Origin: Squalus acanthias | Taxonomy: Eukaryota | DNA length: 64,000 bases | Direction of reading: 5' to 3' | Assembly (NCBI GenBank): GCA_030390025.1 | Contig: CM059432.1 | Location: 66,652,001-66,716,000 of the forward strand | In this document: piece after piece, positions 12,909 through 23,151 of the stretch | Position numbering within the stretch: position 1 is the first letter of the stretch | Layout of the letters: each line of letters starts with the position of its first letter | The notes under the pieces: model-generated | Database searches by the model: none | Told to the model about the DNA's origin: nothing | Seen by the model: the letters and a program-made list of their open reading frames with translations, nothing else | Made by a program: the position numbers and the translations under genes

Positions 12909-13609
12909 GGGGGCGAAATTGGGTGCCTTTGTGCCTCCCATTAACGGGGCACAAATGGCTTTGCGACTGGGCACGGCGCTGACATCGACTCCCGCCATAT
13001 TCAGCGGGAGTTTTGCGGCAGCGCACCCCGATCTACTTCGCCCGGAGATCGTGACATCATCGCCGTCCGCATCACCCAGGTAGCGCCCCAGACCCGAAAT
13101 TGACTTCCGCTGCCTGCATGTGCGCCGGTCGAAAACACCGACAGCTGCAGGAGGCGTGCATCGGGTGGCCGGCCGCTTCGGAGGTAAGTAAAAAAAATCT
13201 TACCTTTCTTGTTCCAGTTTCTTTCATGTGTTCCTGCCCACGATCGATCAGCCCGGCACTCTGCTTGAGTGCCAGGCTGATCGCGCGGGTTCGTGGCTGC
13301 CTTGGTGGTCTAGGTAGGTACTTTTTTATTGCAGAGCCTGCAGCGATGGCCCTTCCCTTCACGGGAAGGAAGGAGCCTTTGAACGCGGCAGCGCTGCACG
13401 GCCCAGTGTGCAGCTCTGCTGAAGCCTCCGCCCTGCCTGCTGCTGATTGTGCTCCAAGAAGGAAGTGGAGTGCTTGATTTAACGCTCCATTTCCTTCTTG
13501 GAGCGCAAACGGCAAATTTTTCAAAAGTTTAAAATCATTAGCCTGGCGCTAACTTTTCAAACTTTTAAAAATGAGCGCCCCAAACGGGTCGATAGTGAAT
13601 TTCTGTCCC
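12909..13609. mobile_element. Harbinger-type MITE
   Basis: Termini GGGGGCGAAATT / AATTTCTGTCCC with imperfect 3-bp TSD TTT/TTG. GC-rich interior similar to 54593-55208. Confidence 0.7.
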
Positions 13610-14113
13610 TTGATATTAATAAGCGGGTTGTTCATCACAGAGTCCTCAGCTGAGCTAACCTTACTGAAGATTGTCCCCAATATGATTGTTACAACCATTG
13701 GTAATTTTGTTGTATAATAAAACAACATTTGTTTTTTTTAATTCATAAAGAATACACAGGTGTCCTAATGTTCTTTGCAGTTGGTGGTAGGGGCTTTCTT
13801 ACATTTATTTAATATGCACTACACAATTCATATACTAATAACATACTGACCCCTAAAATCCTTTAATACTATCTGGATATGAGGAGTCAGCGCCAATGTT
13901 TTGCTCCATTCAATGTTTGAGGTCCAAGAAAAGCTATTGGTCCCAACTGACATTTTTTCTGAGTCATTATTTTAATGAAGCAATTTTCACAACATGTGAA
14001 ATCTTATAAAATTGCTCTAGTTTGACACAAAGCAGCAAACTCACAAGGCATTTACTTCATGCCCCCAGCTGATTTCTTGTTTTGTTGCCAATTCATTCCG
14101 TTCCTTCCCTGAA

Positions 14114-14315
14114 AGTGAGAAGCCACACAACACCAGGTTATAGTCCAACAGCTTTATTTGAAATCACAAGCTTTCGGAGCGCTGCTCCTTCGTCAGGTGA
14201 AGAAGGTGCAGCGCTCCGAAAGCTTGTGATTTCAAATAAAGCTGTTGGACTATAACCTGGTGTTGTGCGACTTCTCACATTTGTCCACCCCAGTCCAACA
14301 TCTCCACATCATGGC
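14114..14315. mobile_element. Hairpin-shaped Penelope-terminus mini-element with hammerhead motif
   Basis: Inverted arms span 14115-14278, plus a short tail. Flanked by the 12-bp direct repeat TCCTTCCCTGAA (14102-13, 14316-27). Same family as 37929-38151. Confidence 0.8.
14164..14200 (-). ncRNA. Minimal type-I hammerhead ribozyme motif
   Basis: UCAC-CUGACGA-A-GGAGC(AGC)GCUCC-GAAA-GC-UU-GUGA: conserved core, paired stems I and II, palindromic AGCU in place of stem III. Confidence 0.8.
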
Positions 14316-14471
14316 TCCTTCCCTGAAGGCATTGATTTCTTGCTAAGGTACAGTTCCATGGTACCGACAGCTCTCTACTACCTCCTCCAAGTGGCCAGTC
14401 TTTATATCTGAGCTGAAACAGTGAGCTTCAGTGGACTATTTCGCTATGGGGGGAGTCCTCATGGCTCATCT

Positions 14472-14830
14472 GACTGTTGTAATGTAGGGAAACATGGCAG
14501 CCAATTTGCACACAGCAAAGTCCCAGAAACAGCAATGAGATAAATGACTAGCTCGTCTGTTTTAGTGATGTTGGTTGAAGGGTACCGGGGAGATCTCACC
14601 TACTCTTCTTGGTGTAGTGCCCTGGGATCTTTTACATCCATCTGAGAGGGCAGATGGGGGTCTTGGTTTAACATCTCATCTGAAAGGCGGCTTCCCTGAA
14701 AGTGCAGCACTCCCTCAGTGTGGCACTAGAGTGTCAGGCTAGATTATGTGCTCAAGTCTCTGGAGTGGGACTTGAACCCACAACTTTCTGACTCAGTACT
14801 GAGAATGCTACCACTGAGCAAAGGCTGACA
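14472..14830 (-). mobile_element. Deu-domain tRNA-derived SINE (SacSINE1/AmnSINE1-like)
   Basis: Reverse complement has a tRNA-like head (GCTCAGTGGTAGCA...GGTTCAAGTCCC) and the Deu core ATTGCTGTTT...AAATTGGCTGCC...CTACATTACAAC. Homologous to 59889-60300. Confidence 0.8.
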
Positions 14831-16371
14831 CATTTGAACACTGAAAATTGCCAGCTCTAAAATGCAAGGTATCCCATTGATGATGGGGTACAAGGTCTGT
14901 GTTATCAATGATATTAGCATTCTTTTACTAAGCATTGAGAAATGGACTCTTAAATCTCTACAATCCTTAAAGCGCTGGAAAAATGTAGCCTAATAGTGCA
15001 TCACAGAAGAACTGAGTTACAATGACTCTTGAGGTGACCTTGGAAGAGCGTGAACATTTGAATCCAGGCTGATTTTTAAAAACAAACAGGAAAATTGGAT
15101 CGTGGGTTTGAACTACTGACAGTTGGGACATATGAGATTGTAAATTGCATTAAAATTGTTTTAAACTATTTGTTTTCTATCATCTTGGCTATGGCACAAT
15201 CTTTAAAGAGTCACATGATCCTTAAGTTTTGCTCACAGTTCCTCTCATTTTAAATTGTTCATGTGGTTCTTCCCCACCACACCGCCCCTCCCCCCACCCC
15301 CACCCTCCCTTCACAGTGACACTCTTCATCCCTCCCTTACTAGTTCATGTTGGCACTCTTCTTGTGCTCTCCTTCCAGTTCATAGAGGAATTTATTTCCC
15401 TAGTATGCCCTGCCTGCTGCCTCCATCCACATGGGGATCCTGGGAAGCAGACAGGTGGATGCTAGTAATACATGCCCGGGCCCAGGCCCCGCAGCCTTGC
15501 CACTTGGGAAGGGACGGCCAGCGATGGGCCTGGTGCAGGCAGAGCAGGGGAAGGAAATCCAGGTTGAGCTGGTGAGGCAGTGATGGACCTCACCACTAGA
15601 TTTGCTGCTATCATGCCCCATTTTTAGAGGAATCACGAAGGAGAATCCAGTCACACCACAGCAGGATAGAAACAAGTTTTAAATTAGTCTTCCTTTGTTA
15701 TTCTTAAAAATCAGTTTAACGTTTTCAACATCCTCTACGCAACAACCTTGGAAGAGTGTGAAAAGTTTAAATTTGTGCAATTATTTTCGGCAGAGGCAAA
15801 CAAACCATGCTGTAGGCCAAAAACATTAACTGTCCACATAAAATGCAGACAATTTCCATGATTGGTTAACTTCATAGTGGAAGGAATTTGTCCCTGTGTA
15901 TTGAAATATATACAACTATTTTATTTTCATATTTAAAATATCTATTACCCTTCCAAGATATTTTTTATTGGCTCCAAAGGCAAAAATATAGTGAATAAGA
16001 ACAATAGAAAATTCAGAGTCTCTCAAGCCCACTCCAGCCAGATCATAGGAACGTAGAAAAATACAGGACTGGAAAAGATGCTGGATGATCCCAAAATCTA
16101 ATACCCTTCAATCATCCATTTCCTCTAGCATGTATCCAATTCTCGCTTAAATTTTCCCACACTATCTGCCACCCTCTGCATAAAGTAGCTAAATCTAAAC
16201 AGTCTTTGGACCTTTCCTCTTTAAGCTAGAGCTTCTGTACCCTGGTTCTAGAGTTTGTGGAAATCTTAACCATATCATCAGAGTTCAACTTATCTATACC
16301 TAGACAATCTTTAAACATAGTTCCCCTGCTCCTTCTGTTCTCCAGAGTAAACAATACCAAGCTCTTCAGTC

Positions 16372-18409
16372 TGTAGGATTCTCAAAATTCACAGATCCCC
16401 CAAAACTCGAAGACAAACCCTAAGGGAAAAGACTTTGGACTCTTTTCTAACTATTTCAGGGTGGTGAAATGCATTTGGGCCTAAAACAAGGAATTTAAGA
16501 AAAAAAAAACAAGTTTTGGCATTTTAAAAACATGTCTGGGCCTGTAACGGGACAAGGAGGTGGGTTTGACCTCTGTAAAAGCAGTTTTGGATATTGGAGT
16601 TAATTACACTGTCTGGGGAACCGGGATGACCTCACTCAAGCCCCAGCAGACATTAACATTTTAACAATAGACCCACAGAAGAGCAGTCTCCACCCCAATT
16701 TACAGAACCCATTAAAGACATGCATAAAACAGATACTCTATAGAAGTCAAGAAACCCAAAACATGAGGACAATTCAAACTCCGATTAAACAACAGATCGA
16801 CAGGATGGAGCTATCCCGAAACCACTTCATACATTTACAAACCAGTTACTGTTAACGAGCCCTCCAAAATCTTACAATGACCGGGATTTGATTTGGCGCG
16901 CAACAAAGGAGGCTTCAATTAGCATAATTGAAGGCCTGCTTTTCTCAAGTTCAAGTTCAAGCAACAAGCAGGACAGGAGTCACACAGACAAGCAGCAGGC
17001 AGCAAGGAACAAGCAGTTCAAGGAAAAAGCAGTTACGTGTCCAGCCAGGAGGTCAACAGCTCGGAACCAGACCGTTCAACAAGGCGAGGGGGCAACAGAA
17101 AGAAATTCAACCGAGAAGGCCAGCAGCTCCAGAAGCAGGCCAACCCACAAGAAGAAACCAGAGCAACAGCACCAGTGACCATCAGACACCTCGCGGCAAC
17201 AATGCCCTTACGAAACTTTTTACTTAAAAAGACTCGAAACCCTGGCCCAGAAATTCGTCCGAATACGGGAGAGTACGCACTGTGTACTCACCCATATTCG
17301 GTCCCGAAGTGCCGGTTTCCTGCATGCACTGCGCATGCGCGGGAAACCGGCACTTCCGATATGGCGAAGGGGGCGGTTCCTAAGTGAACCGCGTGCGCAC
17401 TACAGGCTGTGCGCACGCAGCACACTTAGTTTTTTTTTCAGGTTTGAACGCGAAGGTAAGTGTTGAAGATTTTACACATGAAAAAGCAGGCGTAAGACCC
17501 CCTTTTAACAAGGTAAGTAGTTAATTAAGTATTATTTTAAAAAATTTTCAACAGGTTTATCTTTTTTAGAGACTTTAAAGAAAGGTAAGTTTATTTTTAT
17601 AACTTTTAAAAAGAATTTAAATTTTTTCAAAAATTTAAATTTTTGTTTAAAGTGGTTAATTTATTTAACTATAGTTATTTTATTAATGTGATGGTTTTTT
17701 TTAATTTAATTGAGGTTTAGCTGTTCTTTTGGGGGCAATTTGTATTCATAGCTTTGACAGCTCTTCCTGTCAAAACTATGAATGAAAGATGGTGTGCTGC
17801 CATTGGCTCTAACTGGCTCACGTGATCCCAGAGGTCGCATCGCACTAACTGCGCCTCTGGGACACGCACACACTGCGCGCCGGCACCAGGGAGAGGCCCA
17901 GGAACTGAAGTTCGTGTGGGCCAAAACCATAAAGGCAGGCGCGGTGTGCGATATCGCGGGGGATCCTTACCCCCGTGGCAACCATCGAAGTCCAATTTCT
18001 GGCCCCCTATCTCTAACAGAGGAAAAGTGGGTACTCACCTGATCCAATCCAGCGAATCCCGAAACCGCGAACCAGCTCAACTGTCAAGGATTCGTTTGGT
18101 GAGCATTATCCCTGGTTCTCCAGAGTCCAACTTAGCTAGTGAAGTGGGATTGGGAGGGGTGAAGTATTCTTCTAATGTTATTTCTTTCGCTTGTACCGAA
18201 GTGTTTCCCACTTTTAGAGTGTTAAGAGTGTTTGTGTTATGTTTTACTTTCTTGAATAAAGATCAAAGTTCTTGCATCAAAACCAATTGTCTGCTGCACT
18301 TTTTGTCATAACCCCCAAATAAGTCCATGGTCTAGAACCAAGGGAGTGGGAGCGATTCAAACCGCTCAGAAGTCAGAGGTGAAGCTGACACAAACCACCA
18401 CCCCCTACA
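16372..18409 (+). mobile_element. Solo LTR (~1.27 kb without the nested MITE) of an unidentified LTR/ERV family
   Basis: TGTAGG...CCTACA termini, 4-bp TSD AGTC/TGTC, AATAAA near 18255; it interrupts a CR1 fragment cleanly. Confidence 0.75.
17244..18005 (+). mobile_element. Harbinger-type MITE, family M (copy 1)
   Basis: TIR GGCCCAGAAATT / AATTTCTGGCCC with TSD CCT. Homologous to 48337-49078 and 61007-61769. Confidence 0.88.
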
Positions 18410-19014
18410 TGTCTCTCTTCATAGCTCAAATGCCTTAACTAGGTATCAGTTTGGTTGCCCTTTTCTGTACTTCTTCCTATACCTAGATATTTTTACTGCA
18501 GCTAGAATTGCGCACAGTACAATTGGTCCCTGTGTATTGAAATGCTCCAAGTGTGGCTGCACCAATGCCATATATGGACTCAATGTCATCTGTTGGGATT
18601 ATGCTCCTTTAAAGACCAATGGTTATGCTGCTCAACGCTGTTACAAACAGCCATTCATCAATATTGGGCAGATTGAGTTAAAAATTCAACACAAACGAAA
18701 ATCTATTTTTGTCACACCTGCACCTTGTTTTTTTATATTTGTCTTTGTCCATCCATAACTTTATACTTTAGGAACAAACATTTGTTGCCTTTATTCCCCA
18801 CATTACTTCTATTGTTTCACACATTGGTTATTTCCAGTGGTCTGTATCTATTCTATTCTCTTTGGATAGCATTGTGAAATATGACTCACTTTTCTTCACT
18901 CTAATAGTCGTTTCCAATCCAATATCCTTAGCTAACCCTCCATCCCCTCAATTTTATCTTTTTAAATTTTAATATTTCTGTTGTTCAATGTCCCAACATT
19001 CCTCCGTACTCGAT

Positions 19015-19978
19015 GGGGGTGATTTTCACTGAATACTTTAGGCACTAAATAGGTAAAGAGGTGGTCAAGATGGGGTCTTAAGCTGAATCACCGGTTTAGC
19101 CCATATTTAGCGCAAGACGCCATCTTGGTAAAGGAGTTGAAGCCAACACTAGGAGCGGCCATCCGGAGGCTCGTTAAACAGCTGTTTGCCACTTAAAATG
19201 CCTGCTGGCATTCATTAAAGAGGCTGCACGGCATTTTGGAGACTAGCGCTTCAACTAACGCCCTAGCCTAACAGCAACCAGCAGTTTGGGACTAAATACG
19301 CCATTGATGTTGATTTCAAGCGCTATTTAATGGGATACTCACCATTTCATGGTCATTGTTGCTGGAGCTGTGAAGAGGACCTCTGAAACACATCGGGAGA
19401 TTCTCTGGGACACTTTGTCAAGACTTCATCAACACTAGAACAACATTTATTCTGGAAATTCTCTGAAGACTTCATCTAAAAAGAGTAAGTGTTGTGCTAC
19501 TCCACCTTACTGGACACTTTATAGGAGTCACCGGGAGAAAGGGAGTTATTATTCAGCAATCTTTTTTCTGAGCCTTGCCTCCACAACCAGTTGCATGAGC
19601 TGCTGCAGACAGAATGTATCTCCACTTTAAGAGGTGCAGACCGCCTTTAATAAGTGGAGGCCTGCATTAATTGGAGCTCAGCAGCATGCTGCAATAAATT
19701 GCAATTGCAATTAGCAGGCAGTACCAAGGTCACATCCTGCCTGCATTCCTTTCAACAGGCATGGGCCAATTGTGCATCGCGATCCCCATGCCCGCTTTCG
19801 GGCGCTATCAAATTTTTAGCCCCAGGTGTCTGGTTAGCACCTCCAGGCAAGTTCAAGTTATGGTAATCAGCAATTAGGAACAAAATTGTGTGCTAAATCT
19901 GGACTTTTAAACAGGCTGGTCCTATTAGCACTGCACCCATTTAGCGCCTGTTTTCACCCTTTGGCCAAAATAACCCTT
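19015..19978. mobile_element. Degraded Harbinger-type non-autonomous remnant(s)
   Basis: GGGGGTGATTTT / AAAATAACCC ends. 19625-19823 is the reverse complement of the left end of the 23152 Harbinger. Confidence 0.55.
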
Positions 19979-20619
19979 ATTCTCTTTTTCCACAAAAGCC
20001 TAACCTCAAACTCACCATTTCTTTTAGCAGTACACAATTATTTCCTCAATGAATTATTTTAAATTTGTCATGCTTGAATTAGAAATGAATGTTGGCTATT
20101 CTTGATTAACTTATGTCTTGGTGATTATTAAGTTTATCTTGTATTATAGCCTCTAGTAGCTTACCCACTGTTGATGTTAGAATGACTGGTCTATAGTTAC
20201 CTCATTTATCTCATTCATCCTTTTTGAACAGAGGTCTTACAATTAGCAACACTCAAATCCTCTAGCACAACTTCCATATCCAAGTATGTTTGAAAGACTG
20301 TGGTCAGAATGTTTCCTCTCTGACTTCCTTCAACAGTGTTGGATGCATGGCATAAGGGCCTGGTGACTTACCCACTTTGATCTCTGCTAATATTTTCTAT
20401 AGTTATCACTAATAATGGTTCCTCTTCTATATTCAGATTTCTGCTATCAACACTTGTGGAAATGTTCCTGCTGATTTGAAAATCTACCCTTATTTCTTAA
20501 TTAAATTTAATTGTGGTGATTCATGTTAATCGCCATATAACATTCAGCTTGTAATTGTTAGATCAATCTCTTTGCTTTTTGTGGTTGTGCTTCTATTTGA
20601 ATCTCTGGTCATTCAATAG

Positions 20620-22580
20620 CAAAATACTGTGGATGCTGGAAATCTGAAATAACAACAGAACATGCTGGAAACACTCAGCAGGTCAGGCAGCATCTGTGGA
20701 GAGAGAAAAACAGAGTTAACGTTTCAGGTCGATGACCTTTCGTCAGAACTGGAAAAAAGTTAGGGATTCAACAGATTTTTAAGCAAGTACTGAGGCAGGG
20801 AAAGGGAGGAGGGGAGGAAAGAACAAAAGGGAAGGTCTGTGATAGGATGGAAGGCAGGAGAGATTAAAAGACAAAAGGGATGATGGTGCAAGGCAAAAGG
20901 AGATGGTAATGGAACAAGTTAAGAAACAAAAGATGACTCTAGATGAAGTGTAAATGGCAATGGCAGAATGATCGACAGCTGCCATGTGAGAGAGAAAAAA
21001 GAAATAGAAAAAAAATAGGGGCCGAGGTTATGGTCTGAAATTGCTGAACTTGATGTTGAGTCTAGAAGGCTGTAAAGTGCCTAATCAGAAGATGAGGTGC
21101 TGTTCCTCGAGCTTACGTTGAGCTTCGTTGGAACAGTGTAAGAGGCTGAGGACAGTGAGGTCTGAGTGGGAGTGGAGTGGAGAATTAAAGTGACAGGCAA
21201 CCGGAAGCTTGGGGTCCTGCTTACGGACTGAACGGAGGTGTTCCGCAAAACGGTCACCCAATCTGCGTTTGATCTCCCCAATGTAGAGCAGACCGCATCG
21301 TGAGCAGCGAATACAGTATACTAAATTGCAAGAAGTACAAGTAAATCGGTGTTTCACCTGGAAGGAGTGTTTGGGGCCCTGGACAGTGGGAAGGGAGGAG
21401 GTAAAAGGGCAGGTGTTGCATCTCCTGCGCTTGCACGGGAAGGTGCCATTGGAAGGGGAAGGGGTGTTGGGGGTGATAGAGGAGTGGACCAGGGTGTCGT
21501 AGAGGGTGCGTTCCCTTCAGAATGCTGAAAGGGGAGGGGAGGGGAAGATGTGTTTGGTGGTGGGATCACGCTGGAGGTGGCGGAAATGGTGGAGGATGAT
21601 CCGTTGAATGTGGAGGCTGGTGGGGTGAAAGGTGAGGACAAGGGGAACCCTATCGTGGTTCTGGGAGGGAGGGGAAGGGGTGAGAGCAGAAGTGCAGGAA
21701 ATAGAATGGACACGGTCAAGGGCCATGTCAACCACGGTAAAGGGGAATCCTCGGTTGAGAAAAAAGGAAGACATATCAGAAGCACTAGGATGGAAGGTGA
21801 CATCGTCAGAGCAGATGCGGCGGAGACGGAGAAACTGGGAGAATGAAATAAAGTCCTTACAGGAAGCGGGGTGGGAGGAAGTGTAGTCCAGGTAGTTGTG
21901 GGAGTCAGTGGGCTTATAGTGAATGTTTGTCAATAGCCTATCCTGAAAAATGGAGACAGAGAAGTCGAGGAAGGGAAGGGAAGAGTCAGAGATGGACCCT
22001 GTGAAGGTGAGGGAAGGGTGGAAACTGGAAGCAAAGTGAATGAAATTTTCTAGTTCAGGGCGAGAGCAGGAAACGGCACCAGATATAGTCATCAATGTAC
22101 CATAAAAAAAGGTGAGGGAGGGGACCTGAGTAGGACTGGAACAAAGAAAGTTCCACATATCCCATGAACAGGCAGGCATAGCTAGGACCCAAGCAGGTTC
22201 CCATGGCAACACCTTTAATTTGGAGGAAGTGAGTGGAGTCAAAGGAGAAGTTGTTCAATGTGAGAACAAGTTCAGCCAGGCGGAGGAGGATGGTGGTGGA
22301 TGGGAACTGGTTGGGACTATGTTCAAGGTAGAAGCGAAGCATCCTCAGGCCATCCTGGTGGGGGAGGGAGGTGCAGAGAGATTGGATGTCCATAGTAAAA
22401 AGGAGACGGTTGGGGCAAGGAAACTGGAAACGGTTAAAGTGGCGGAGGGCGTCGGAAGAGTTGCGAATGTAGGTGGGAATAGACTGGACAAGGGGAGAAA
22501 AAATAGTCGAGATAGGAAGAAATCAGTTCCATGGGGCAAGAACAGGCTGAAATGATGGGTCTACCAGGGCAGCCCTGCAT
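20620..22580 (-). mobile_element. Penelope-like element, 5'-truncated: RT, GIY-YIG endonuclease and terminal repeat
   Basis: RPIIS, DIQSLCTS, GVAMGT, YIDD, LPFLD, YKPT RT motifs; FTCTSCNLVYCIRCSRCGLLYIGEIKRRLGDRFAEH (GIY-YIG). Multiple frameshifts. Confidence 0.93.
20714..20750 (-). ncRNA. Minimal type-I hammerhead ribozyme motif in the PLE terminal repeat
   Basis: AGUU-CUGACGA-A-AGGUC(AUC)GACCU-GAAA-CG-UU-AACU, on the sense strand of the PLE, downstream of the ORF. Confidence 0.8.
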
Positions 22581-23070
22581 TTTCTGAATGGTCTGCTTTG
22601 TGCTGTGTACTTGTGTCACCGTTCTGTGTCAACAGCTGTTTGCTATTCCATTTTGTTTACTACTTTGAATCAACTAATGATTCAATTGACATTAATGCCC
22701 AAGGGTTTGGGAGGGGAAACTTATTTCAGGTATCCATCTCCTGATTGCTACCGAGCGAACCCGACTGGAGATGCATGACTCTCATTCCAGGTAAGGACAA
22801 GTATCATGTTCAGTTGTGATGCCTCACGTAACTGCATTGCCTGCTATACATAGTCAAACTAACACATGACTAATAACCAGTTGTTCAAGCTACCTCAGGG
22901 CACGCAAAGTTCATATGCATCATATGAGTCAATGCCTTCAGGAGATGAGGGGAGGGTGGAAATAAGTGAGCCAAAGTAATACTTGGTGCTTTGATTATAT
23001 CTGCAGCTGCTGTGTAACAAAAATATGATTCCCATTTCTTGTGGAGCTGTGTCATTAATCTTGGAGGAAA

Positions 23071-23151
23071 CAAAATACTGCAGATACTGGAAATCTGTAA
23101 CAAAAACAGAAAATGCTGGAAACACTAAGCAGGTCAGCACAGAAAGTTAAC
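23071..23151 (-). mobile_element. Short PLE terminal-repeat fragment that hosts the large Harbinger (resumes at 38471)
   Basis: Matches 20620-20720. GTTAAC|...|AATGTTTCAG continuity across the insertion. Confidence 0.7.

Larger units (their letters stand above)
16045..20400 (-). mobile_element. Old, fragmented CR1 (3' end near 16045; RT remnants at 18410-18900 and 20150-20400), interrupted by a solo LTR and Harbinger remnants
   Basis: Degenerate similarity to CR1 ORF2 (e.g. GACTGGTCTATAGTTACC = NYRPV on the minus strand). Sequence is continuous across the solo LTR. Confidence 0.6.

Noticed and set aside
15037..15765. 18-bp near-repeat ACCTTGGAAGAG[C/T]GTGAA (~15037 and ~15745) resembling paired minus-strand exons
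   Set aside because: Flanks do not align and the frames close quickly; insufficient support.
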